DNA from: an uncultured Actinomycetes bacterium
Lineage (GTDB): Bacteria > Actinomycetota > Actinomycetes > S36-B12 > CAIYMF01
Direction of reading: 5' to 3'
DNA length: 32,000 bases
Assembly: GCA_963843975.1 (NCBI GenBank)
Contig: CAWJMG010000003.1
Location: 1,500,001 to 1,532,000 of the forward strand
Position numbers and translations under genes: made by a program. Below the pieces are notes generated by a model. The model worked only from the letters and a program-made list of their open reading frames with translations. It did not search any database and had not been told where the DNA came from. Below are positions 8,706-16,688 of this stretch, piece after piece; the first letter of the stretch is position 1; each line of letters opens with the position of its first letter.

Positions 8706-9362
8706 TCAGCGTGCGGTCGGGACGACCGAGAGGCGCACCGGGCCGGCGCTGTTGCGCACGAAGACCTGCCCGGCAGGAGTGACGAGCCGCTTCCAGCCGC
8801 TCGTCGTGCCCGTCTCGATGCGCGCACCGGGATGGGTCAGGAAGCCCAGCAGCCGCGCGGCGTGCAGCGCGCGCATGGGCACGCCGCCCCAGCCCGCGGC
8901 GTCCCAGGCCGCCTCGGCCACGAGCTCGGCGTGGAACGACCCGGAGCTCGGGACGGCGGCCCGGAACGCTGCCACCGCGGCGTCGACCCTCGGGGTCACG
9001 TCGCCGGCGAGGCCGCGCTCCCCCGGGCTCCACGGCGAGCGGGGAGGCAGCACGGCCAGCGAGGCAGCGCCCATGATCGCGTCGGGCAGGACGACGTCGG
9101 TCTCGGGTGCGAGCCGGGCGACGTCGCCGATGACGTCGCGCAGGCGGCCGGCCGAGACCGTCGTGTCGAGGGGCTCCTCGACCGGGGTCGCCAGGGGCAC
9201 GGCGACGAGCACCAGCACATCCATCGGACTGGGCGCGTAGACGCCGACGACGCTTCCGCGGGCCTGGACGCGGACGGCGGACCGCTCGTCCCAGGCCGCG
9301 ACGCGAGCGAGATAGGCGGCGAGGTACGCGACCTCGTCCTTGGCCAGCCTCAGCGTCGTCAC
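8706..9362 (-). CDS. Hypothetical protein (218 aa), family not recognised
   Basis: Coding-like composition runs from GTG 9362 (VTTLRLAKDEVAYLAAYLARV...). The upstream part of the 394-aa ORF is Ser/Arg/Ala-rich shadow sequence overlapping the plus-strand neighbour. Its stop abuts the LacI stop (TGA|TCA at 8703-8708). Confidence 0.5.
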   Translation of the reverse strand: MTTLRLAKDEVAYLAAYLARVAAWDERSAVRVQARGSVVGVYAPSPMDVLVLVAVPLATPVEEPLDTTVSAGRLRDVIGDVARLAPETDVVLPDAIMGAASLAVLPPRSPWSPGERGLAGDVTPRVDAAVAAFRAAVPSSGSFHAELVAEAAWDAAGWGGVPMRALHAARLLGFLTHPGARIETGTTSGWKRLVTPAGQVFVRNSAGPVRLSVVPTAR

Positions 9363-9400
9363 GGGGGCAACCTTGTCAGGAAGCCGAACCGTCCGCGAAC

Positions 9401-9419
9401 TGTGCGAGGTACTCGCACA
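9401..9419. promoter_or_regulatory. 19-bp palindrome TGTGCGAG-GTA-CTCGCACA in a divergent intergenic region
   Basis: Perfect 8-bp arms with a 3-nt centre lie about 40 bp upstream of the minus-strand gene start, inside the 208-bp region shared with the plus-strand gene. Confidence 0.3.
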
Positions 9420-9570
9420 ACGAGTCGTCCCGCTCTCGCAAGCGTCCAGGAGAGTCCCCCGGGTGGCGCGTGCGGCCCAGCCCGCACTACGAGGGCCCAC
9501 GCCGGGGTCGGCATGTCTCGCGACAACGGACACGTATCCAGCGGACGAATCGGATCGCGCGACGAAGGGG

Positions 9571-10680
9571 GTGGATCTAGCGTGGGTGCATGCTGGTGAA
9601 CCGTTGAGCGGCCCGGATGAGGATGGGCGGCTGGACCTCGATGAGCTCGGTCGTGTGGCAGAGGAGGGGCGCCGGCAGCGCGCTGTCGACCTCGGCGCTT
9701 CGGCATCCGACGACCACGTCGCCACAGAGGTGCAGCGGTGGGTCGACGACCTGGCCGCGCCGTGGATTCGGAGCCACCGGTTGGCCCTAGCCCTGGCCGG
9801 AGCGCTCGTTCTCGCGACCGCCATCGGAGCGACCGCGGCGGCCGACAAGGCCTCCGCCGCCCCCGTGACGCTGTCCGTCGAGATCCGCAATGCACCGCTG
9901 CCGGGCCGCGCGGCCTCGGGCCCTGTGGTGTCGGAGGACGGACTGCTGTCGGTCGCCTACTTGGCCCGGGCGACACGGCCCGGGGAACGGGTCCAGCTGC
10001 TGCGCATCGAAGGACCCGGTCTCGGCGCGTCGGAGGCGGCAGGAGTCGTCGACGACGAGTCCTTGTCACTGCTGACGGTGAGCGCCCCTGTCGACTGCTC
10101 TGACCCGTCGCTGTCCGATGCCACACCGACCTCGTACGACCTGATCGCCAGGTCCGTTGACGCCAGCGGCGCGGCCGTCATCGGGACCGTGCCGCTCGTG
10201 ATGCCGCTGGAGGCCCCGGCCGCTGGTGCGGGACGGCGACCGGTGACCCGTCTCAACCAGGCCGTCGAGCTCTGGTGCCTGGCCTTCGTGGCGCCGACCG
10301 CGGTGCAGGCCTCTGTCGTCGCCCTTACACCCGTCGCCGGGACGTCGGAAGCAGAGCTGACTCTGGACCTGCGCAACGCGTCGGTGCTCGCACTGGCGCT
10401 CCGCGCCGAGGACGTGGCAGTCGGGGGGTTTCACGCCGAGCTGTCTCCTGCGGTGGCGCTCGAACCGGGATCGACCGCTCGAGTGACGGCGCACGTGGCC
10501 TGGACGGGCTGCGATGGACAAGCGAACCTCCCGGCGCTGCGCACTCTCGAGAACCCGCAGCCTGCGGACGCCCGAGGTCCCGGCGTCGCGCTGCGCTTAA
10601 CCCTGGGCGATCGGAGCATCGTCGCGTCCTACCCGCTGCTCGGCGTCGAGCGACTCGTCATGGCAGACACCTGCTCCTGA
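9571..10680 (+). CDS. Hypothetical single-pass membrane-anchored protein with an internally duplicated extracytoplasmic domain; start uncertain
   Basis: An acidic N-terminal segment precedes a TM helix (LALALAGALVLATAIGATAAA). Two similar modules follow, each opening with (V/L)TL(S/D)(V/L)(E/D)(I/-)RNA and closing with a Cys-containing strand (LLTVSAPVDCSD and ARVTAHVAWTGCDG). Alternative in-frame GTG starts are at 9586 and 9730. Rare codons (cta, tta, ttg, aca, caa) are more frequent than in neighbouring genes. Confidence 0.5.
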   Translation: MDLAWVHAGEPLSGPDEDGRLDLDELGRVAEEGRRQRAVDLGASASDDHVATEVQRWVDDLAAPWIRSHRLALALAGALVLATAIGATAAADKASAAPVTLSVEIRNAPLPGRAASGPVVSEDGLLSVAYLARATRPGERVQLLRIEGPGLGASEAAGVVDDESLSLLTVSAPVDCSDPSLSDATPTSYDLIARSVDASGAAVIGTVPLVMPLEAPAAGAGRRPVTRLNQAVELWCLAFVAPTAVQASVVALTPVAGTSEAELTLDLRNASVLALALRAEDVAVGGFHAELSPAVALEPGSTARVTAHVAWTGCDGQANLPALRTLENPQPADARGPGVALRLTLGDRSIVASYPLLGVERLVMADTCS

Positions 10681-10704
10681 CGCCGGTCGACCGACCCGCG
10701 CGGG

Positions 10705-11205
10705 TCAGCTGTCGCCCTGCGCCAGCTCTCGGAACCGCTGGGTCGCCACGTCACGGAGCTCCTGGAAGCTGTACTGCTTCTGGCCCAGGTCGTGGGCCGG
10801 CCCGCCGTCGAGGTTCACGACGATCGCCTCCTGAGTGCTGCGGGCGACGATCATCTCCACGGCGCGGTCCGAATGGCAGTTCTCCTCGTAGTGGATGACG
10901 TTGGGGGGGATGAAGACGAAGTCACCAGGGCCGGCCTCCTTGGCCTCGTCGAGGGCATCGCCGACCCACCATCGTCCCCGGCCTCTAAGCACGAACAGCG
11001 CGGTCTCCGAGTCGCCGTGGTGGTGCACACCCGTCACCAGCCCGGGCTGGAGCAGCGAATACCCCATCCAGATCCACTGCGACCCAGCGCTCTGCGCGGA
11101 GATGGCCTCGAGCCGCAGCAGACCCGGTGTCTGCCCGGCGGCACCGTCGAGGTCGTCGGGGCGGACGACGACCACCTCACGCGCGTCGGACGTCATATGA
11201 CTCAC
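10705..11205 (-). CDS. Cupin domain protein
   Basis: Both cupin motifs are present: GVHHHGDSETALFVLRG and GDFVFIPPNVIHYEEN. GTG at 11205 is preceded by a GAGGATGAGGA ribosome-binding site. Confidence 0.8.
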   Translation of the reverse strand: MSHMTSDAREVVVVRPDDLDGAAGQTPGLLRLEAISAQSAGSQWIWMGYSLLQPGLVTGVHHHGDSETALFVLRGRGRWWVGDALDEAKEAGPGDFVFIPPNVIHYEENCHSDRAVEMIVARSTQEAIVVNLDGGPAHDLGQKQYSFQELRDVATQRFRELAQGDS

Positions 11206-11222
11206 TCATCCTCATCCTCACG

Positions 11223-12230
11223 TTAGAACTGCAGGTGGACCTTGACGTTGTCCGGGTCATCGGTCGCCTTCATGGCGGCAGCCGCCTCCTCGAACGGAAG
11301 GGTGGCCGTGATCGCGGGCCGGAGGTCGATGCTGTTGCGCTGCAGGAAGCGGAGCGCCGCCGGCCACACGCCGCTGCTGCCCGTCGTCCCCCGCACCGTC
11401 AGGTCCTTCGCCTGGATCAGCCCCCATCCACCCGCGACCTCGCCGTGGGCGCAGATCCCGATGTTCGTGATGCGCCCTGCGTGCCGGGCGAGGGTCAGGG
11501 TCGAGGCCAGGCCAGCGGGGTGCCCGGAGGCCTCGATCACGAGGTCTGCGCCGTCCACACCCACGGTGTCGCGGAGGATGTGGGAGGCGTCCTCGGTCGT
11601 GGGATCCACGACGACGTCGGCGCCGAGTGCGACAGCCAGCGCCCGGCGCACGGGGTTCGGCTCGATGACCATCGTCAGGGCGGACGAGCCGCGTGCCACC
11701 GCGAGCGCGCATTGGCCGATCATGCCGCCACCGACGATCGCCACCACGTCGGACGCGTCGATCCCACCGCTCACACGGACTGCGTTGTACGCGATCGTGA
11801 ACGGTTCGACGAGCGCGCCGCTGCTGAAGTCGACGCCTTCCGGCAGCCGGTGGAGCAGGGCGGCAGGGGTGCGGAAGAGCTCGGACGCGGCACCGTGGTA
11901 GGTGAAGCCGAACCAGTGGTTCGGGGCGATCACGCACTCGCCCACCACAGGGTCGCCCACGGAGACGTTGGTGACGTCGCGGCCGACCTCGACGACCTGG
12001 CCCGACCACTCATGCCCGGGCACCACGGGATACGGGACCGCGAGCTGGGCGTCGAGATGGCCCTCGAGCAGCTCGTTGTCCGAGCGGCAGAGACCCACTG
12101 CCTTCGCAGCCACCAGGACGTCGGTGGGCCCGATCGGATCCACCTCGACCTCGCGCACGACCACGCGGCGCGGGTCCCTCTCGAAGACGACCGCGCGAGC
12201 AGTCCTGATGTCCACCATGAGGTTCTCCAT
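11223..12230 (-). CDS. Zinc-dependent alcohol dehydrogenase (MDR superfamily; sorbitol/threonine dehydrogenase-like)
   Basis: GLCRSD and PGHEWSGQVVEVG zinc-ligand motifs and a VAIVGGGMIGQCA Rossmann motif. An alternative start at ATG 12218 (MVDIRT) has a GGAGAA ribosome-binding site. Confidence 0.88.
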   Translation of the reverse strand: MENLMVDIRTARAVVFERDPRRVVVREVEVDPIGPTDVLVAAKAVGLCRSDNELLEGHLDAQLAVPYPVVPGHEWSGQVVEVGRDVTNVSVGDPVVGECVIAPNHWFGFTYHGAASELFRTPAALLHRLPEGVDFSSGALVEPFTIAYNAVRVSGGIDASDVVAIVGGGMIGQCALAVARGSSALTMVIEPNPVRRALAVALGADVVVDPTTEDASHILRDTVGVDGADLVIEASGHPAGLASTLTLARHAGRITNIGICAHGEVAGGWGLIQAKDLTVRGTTGSSGVWPAALRFLQRNSIDLRPAITATLPFEEAAAAMKATDDPDNVKVHLQF

Positions 12231-12284
12231 CGGATGCGTCGGAGGAGGGGGCCTCCGGGGTCAGGGTGTGGGCGGGCCGGCGCC

Positions 12285-12788
12285 CTAGGGCGAACCGAAG
12301 GTCAGGATGCGGACCGGCTCTACGCGGTACAGCACCCGCACCTCGCCACCCCGCGGATCGCGCATGGGATACGGCCGCTCGCCGAGGTAGAGGCCCGCCA
12401 GGTCGTCGATGCTCTCCGTGGCCAGGTGCCCCTGCTCGGGATCGTCCTCGTCGATGATCTCCACCACGCGGCCATCCACCGACATCCAGTGGTACGGGTT
12501 CGCCGGATTCATGAACAGGAGGGCTACCACGCCGTTGTCGCGGAGGTTGCGATCCTTGAGCCTCCCCCGCTTGGTGTTCAGCAGGATGTGCTCGCCTTCG
12601 ACGCCGACCCAGACGGGCGACACCTGCAGCGCGCCCGCGGCACTGACCGTGGTCAAGGACGCGGTCACCGCGGCCGTGAGCAACTCCAGGTAGCGAGGAG
12701 CGAGATCGGCCAGGCCCCCGGTGCGCGTGCTCTCAGACGTGAAGGCGTCGTCGTTCCCTGGTGCGATCAGATCACCGATGCTGGCCAT
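12285..12788 (-). CDS. PPOX-class (pyridoxamine 5'-phosphate oxidase-like, possibly F420/FMN-dependent) split-barrel protein
   Basis: About 167 aa from ATG 12788, with a GGAG upstream. The pattern LTTVSAAGALQVSPVWV...ILLNTKRGRLKDRNLRDNGVVALLF is typical of the PPOX/general stress protein 26 fold. Confidence 0.7.
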   Translation of the reverse strand: MASIGDLIAPGNDDAFTSESTRTGGLADLAPRYLELLTAAVTASLTTVSAAGALQVSPVWVGVEGEHILLNTKRGRLKDRNLRDNGVVALLFMNPANPYHWMSVDGRVVEIIDEDDPEQGHLATESIDDLAGLYLGERPYPMRDPRGGEVRVLYRVEPVRILTFGSP

Positions 12789-12855
12789 GCTGCTCCGACT
12801 CCTCATGCGTGACTACGAGCGGACCTCGACGTCGTTGCGTTGTGCTCGTGGGTCG

Positions 12856-14332
12856 TCACGACGTTAGGCCCGAGCCGCGCGTCGACGGCTCCTCGCTGAT
12901 GGCAGCTTCCTTGCCCGCTCGCGCAGCGCGGAGATGCTCGGGCGGCTCGGAGGCCGCTGGCGGAGCGGACGCGAGCAACTCCGCGCCGAGGATCGTCGCG
13001 AGAAGCTCGAGCCGACGCAGGGACGGTCGCGTCTCACCCGTCTCCCACCGATGGACGGTGGCTCCTGATACACCGATGCAGCGACCCAGGCCTGCACCGG
13101 TCAGGCCCTCGCGCTGGCGGAGGGCACGGATCCTGTCCTGGAGCGGCACTGCACCCCACTCGATCCCGCAGAGGAGCGGAGGGCAGGTGCACAGCGCCTG
13201 CGGCGGCACTCCCAGGGCAGATCCGAGCAGACTGAGGCGCGCGTGCCCCGGGCACCGCCCTGTGCGCTCCCAGGAGCTGACGAGAGCGGGCGGCACGCCC
13301 GTGCGCCGACCCAGCTCGGCCAGGCTGAGACCTCGACGTGCACGTGCCTCGGCGAGAGTGCCAACGGTCGAGGGGACCTTCTTCGGCGACAGCCGGCGCA
13401 AGGATGCCGACGGCCGGTGGAGGTCGATGCCGAGAAGCTGCTCGAGCAGGACCACCGTCTGCGCCGGGATCGCTCGCCGGCCCACGACCCAGTGGCGCAG
13501 GACACGCTCCTCGACACCTAGCGCGACTGCGAGGTCCTCGGTCCGGATGTCGTGGTGCTCCAAGTAGTCGCGCAGGCCGGGGAGCTTGCCGATGCCGGAA
13601 CGTGAGGTCTCCGGGTACCCGCTGAACCAGGTGTGGACGTCGTCGAGCTCGCAGGAGAAGACCTCGGCGAGGGACGGGAAGAGGTCGAGCGGGGGCCGCC
13701 TCTCCCCGCCCTCCCATCGGGAGTACGTGGACACGGCGACCGAGAGTCGCACGGCGACTTCGGGCTGGGACCAGCCGCGCTCGAGGCGCCTGCGGCCCAA
13801 CATCGTAAGGTTCTCCGGCTGCGACCAGGCAGCGCGACGGACCTGGTCCCTTCCAGCGGCGCGTCGGACCGCCTCTACTGGCGCTCCCAGCCACTCCGCC
13901 AGAAGGGGCAGCCGTCGGGGGTCCGGGACCCGCCCTGCCTCCCATGTGGCGACCACGGTGGAGCACACGTCGAGCCTCCCGCGCGACGGCGCGCTGCGAC
14001 AGGGCCAGACGTCTGCGGTTCTGCTCGAGCAGCGCTCCCAGTTCGCCCGCACGCCAGCCCCGGTGTGGAGGCAGGCGATGGTCCGGCAGCCCGCACCGAC
14101 GGCGGAGCCGCCCGAGGTCGGCGCCTGTCTCACGGCAGAGACGGACGACGATCCGGTCCGGCGGGAACGCGTCCCCGGCCTCCCACGTGGCGAGCTCGGA
14201 CAACTCGACGTCAAGCCGACGGGCGAACACGGCGAGCGAGACGCCGCACTCGGCGCGCCATCGGCGGATCTCGAGGAACGGCGACTCCGCGGACGGCAGC
14301 AGGCGCTCCGGCGCGCACGCCAGCGCGGTCAT
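12856..14332 (-). pseudogene. Protein made of six tandem XRE-type helix-turn-helix modules, interrupted by an apparent 1-nt insertion near 13975
   Basis: The N-terminal 1.4 modules read in the frame of ORF 13034..14386, from ATG 14332. The remainder reads in the frame of ORF 12856..14214. Past the junction each frame turns into Arg/Pro/Gly-rich sequence. Module 2 is split: ...LALSQRAVARE | LDVCSTVVATWEAG. The modules lie at about 14281-14105, 14047-13867, 13812-13636, 13584-13420, 13368-13192 and 13143-12976. Each carries a W(E)xG signature (ATWEAG, ATWEAG, SRWEGG, RHWVVG, SSWERTG, HRWETG). Confidence 0.7.
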
Positions 14333-14419
14333 GAGGCGAGGGCGAGCGGGTGCCGCACCCCGCCCGATCCGGACTCTGCACGGCACTCGACGAGGACCGC
14401 GGTGCGCCGTCCCACTCGG

Positions 14420-14755
14420 TCACCGGCAGGCAACGGTGATCTCCTGGACGAAGGCGACGCCGGCAAGCTCGGGGTTCGCCCCCGTGGCGGTGAGAGGCCG
14501 CACGAAGGTCTCGAGGACGACCTTCGGATCCTTCTCCCACGCTGTGCAAAGGTCGCCCAGCTTTGCGGGCGCCATCTCGGAGAGCATCGTGCGGATGCCG
14601 TCCTTGACCAGGGCCAGCTGCTGCTGCGCGCTCAGGCTCGACCGTGGTGTCGGGGTCGAGGTGCTCACGCCTCCGGAATCGCCGGCGCGACCGCACGCCG
14701 CGAGGCTTAGCACCGTCATGGCAACGGCGACCGACGACAGTCGTGCCCCCCTCAT
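14420..14755 (-). CDS. Small putative lipoprotein (111 aa)
   Basis: ATG 14755 has GGAGG 6 nt upstream. The signal peptide MRGARLSSVAVAMTVLSLAAC ends in a lipobox (LAAC). The start overlaps the upstream gene's stop (ATGA at 14752-14755). Confidence 0.6.
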   Translation of the reverse strand: MRGARLSSVAVAMTVLSLAACGRAGDSGGVSTSTPTPRSSLSAQQQLALVKDGIRTMLSEMAPAKLGDLCTAWEKDPKVVLETFVRPLTATGANPELAGVAFVQEITVACR

Positions 14756-15711
14756 CCAGCGCCTCCGCCCGCAGCGGACGTGCTGGCCTGTCGGGACGCG
14801 GCATGCTCTCCGAGGATGAGTTGACGGACCTCCGGCCCGATCTGATTGACGGCTCCGAGCCGGGCGATCTGGGCCGCCATCTGCGGGGTTCGAAGGCCGG
14901 CCGTGGTGATCACGCCGTGGTTGTAGACGGTGAAAGTGCGCAGCACCTGCTGCACGTGCACCGTCCTGGACAGCGAGGCCAGGAGGGACGCGACCTGGGT
15001 CCACGACGGGCTCCGGGCGAACGCCTGGCGGGCGACGGCGTCCCCGAACATCACCTCGACGCAGGCCTGGTACTGGCGGTCCGCGTCCTCCCAGTTGGAG
15101 ACGTTGGGGGCCAGCAGGGTCACGGCCTCGTTGTCGTATGGCTCAGGGAGACGCACCCTCACCTTCACGATCTCCGGAGCCGCCGCCAGGAGAGGGGCAA
15201 CTTCCTGAAGCACTGCCGCGCTGAAGTCCTCGGCCGTGACCTCGGGGCTCCTGCGGAGGTAGAGCATGAACTTCTGATGAGGAGCGAGATCCCCGTTGGG
15301 AGAGTCGTCCTGGCTCTCGTCGAGGAGCGTGACGCTGCCGTCGGCCGGAGCCTGATAGGAGATCGTCTTGCGGAACACATTCTGCTCATCGTCCATGAGC
15401 GGGTGCAGGGCTGCTGCGAAGCGGCCAAGTTGTTCCGCCGAGACAAAGGTGATCTCGGCGTCGCCGTAGAAGCGCTCGTCCGGGGTGAAGACCTGATTCG
15501 TCCCCTCGATGGGCGGCAGCAGCCCACCGCCCCGGGGGTCGAGCTGGTGCTGGAAGTACTGGTGGATGCCGGGCAGCCGCGAGGAGATCTGCGTGTGCGC
15601 CCCGACCCAGTAGTCGTAGAAGTCCTGCACCTCGAGGCCGACACGCGGCCAGAGCAGGTTCATCATGGCGACGTGCACGATCTCCGAGCGCGATTCGGTC
15701 AAGCCGGTCAC
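14752..15711 (-). CDS. EthD-domain protein (at least two EthD-like dimeric alpha/beta-barrel repeats)
   Basis: GTG 15711 has GAGGAG 6 nt upstream. The first repeat reads MMNLLWPRVGLEVQDFYDYWVGAHTQISSRLPGIHQYFQH and the second KFMLYLRRSPEVTAEDFSAAVLQEVAPLL. The upstream part of the 428-aa ORF is Arg-rich shadow sequence over the YciI gene. Confidence 0.65.
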   Translation of the reverse strand: MTGLTESRSEIVHVAMMNLLWPRVGLEVQDFYDYWVGAHTQISSRLPGIHQYFQHQLDPRGGGLLPPIEGTNQVFTPDERFYGDAEITFVSAEQLGRFAAALHPLMDDEQNVFRKTISYQAPADGSVTLLDESQDDSPNGDLAPHQKFMLYLRRSPEVTAEDFSAAVLQEVAPLLAAAPEIVKVRVRLPEPYDNEAVTLLAPNVSNWEDADRQYQACVEVMFGDAVARQAFARSPSWTQVASLLASLSRTVHVQQVLRTFTVYNHGVITTAGLRTPQMAAQIARLGAVNQIGPEVRQLILGEHAASRQASTSAAGGGAG

Positions 15712-15749
15712 GGGGCTCTCCTCGTCCTGTGAGCAGTGGACGCCTGGAT

Positions 15750-16031
15750 TCAGGCGAGGTCGAGCCCGTCGGCGACCCGTGCGGGCTCGAACTCGACGAC
15801 CTCGTAGTCGGCGACTCCGTGCTGGACGAACGGGTCCTGCGCGAGCAGCGCCTCCGCACCGGCCGCGTCCAGCCCCCGGGCGAGGATCACGGCGCCGACC
15901 CCACCGTCGCGGAGCCCCGAGGCCACGAAGATGCCGGATTCGTACCCCTTGTCGACCCACTCGAGATGGGCATCGAGGTGGGAGCCCAGGATCTCGGCGT
16001 CGACCTTGTACGTGGACTTCAGGATGATCAC
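15750..16031 (-). CDS. YciI family protein
   Basis: 93 aa. GTG 16031 has GGAGGAG 6 nt upstream. The pattern HLDAHLEWVDKGYESGIFVASG...ILARGLDAAGAEALLAQDPFVQHGVADYEVVEF matches the YCII-related domain. Confidence 0.78.
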   Translation of the reverse strand: MIILKSTYKVDAEILGSHLDAHLEWVDKGYESGIFVASGLRDGGVGAVILARGLDAAGAEALLAQDPFVQHGVADYEVVEFEPARVADGLDLA

Positions 16032-16140
16032 GGGTCACTCCTCCGTTGGGGCCGTCTGGGGTCGGCGTCCCGGACGAGGAGACGCGAGAAGGCTCGGGAT
16101 GTCGTCTCGGCGCGGCCGTCGCCGGCCGCTCGAGCGGGCG

Positions 16141-16530
16141 TCAGTAGACGATGAACTCGATGACGTTGCCGTCGGGGTCGAGGATGAAGGTCTGCCGATC
16201 GGCTGCCGGAGAGTTGGGCAGTTCGTAGACGGGCACGCCATGGGCGCGCAGGCCGTCGAGGTAGGCGTCGAGATCCCCCATGAACCGGATGGCGAAGTGC
16301 GGGTCGTTGGCCCGGAGAGGCGCATCGTGACCGCGCATAGTGCCGCCGGTCGTCAGGTGCACGGGGTTGCCTGAGATGCTCAGCCATGCACCGGGGAAAC
16401 CGAAGTCGGGGCGAGGGATCTGCTCGAGGCCGAGCAGGTCGCAGTAGAACTTCACGGACGCGTCGATGTCGGACACGCTGATGCTGACGTGGTCGAACCT
16501 GAAGGACGCGTCGGGGTCGAGTGCGTTCAT
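16141..16530 (-). CDS. VOC (glyoxalase/bleomycin-resistance/dioxygenase) family protein
   Basis: 129 aa from ATG 16530. FRFDHVSISVSDIDASVKFYCDLLGLE and HFAIRF...LRAHGVPV...ILDPDGNVIEF are the paired beta-alpha-beta-beta-beta module signatures. The longer listed ORF (to 16752) runs across the terminator palindrome. Confidence 0.8.
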   Translation of the reverse strand: MNALDPDASFRFDHVSISVSDIDASVKFYCDLLGLEQIPRPDFGFPGAWLSISGNPVHLTTGGTMRGHDAPLRANDPHFAIRFMGDLDAYLDGLRAHGVPVYELPNSPAADRQTFILDPDGNVIEFIVY

Positions 16531-16627
16531 GCGGCAAGCCTCATCCGACGGTGGCGGGCTGTCTTCGTTGGTCATCACAAGGACGCGCGCGTTTGTTGTG
16601 GGCAGCCCGCGCCAGGGAGGACGAGAC

Positions 16628-16667
16628 GGGTGTGGCCCCGGTGCCGATCGGCACCGGGGCCACACCC
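16628..16667 (-). terminator. Perfect 40-bp palindrome (18-bp GC-rich stem around GATC) downstream of the ABC substrate-binding protein gene
   Basis: GGGTGTGGCCCCGGTGCC-GATC-GGCACCGGGGCCACACCC lies 22 nt after the stop at 16689. It has no strong U-tract and is symmetric, so it could act in either direction. Confidence 0.6.
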
Positions 16668-16688
16668 GTTCTGGCAGCGCTGGGACTG

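Noticed and set aside
10693-10706. The GACCCGCGCGGGTC palindrome between the convergent genes as a bidirectional terminator.
   Set aside because: Once a loop is allowed the effective stem is only about 5 bp, and it overlaps the cupin stop codon. That is too weak to call.
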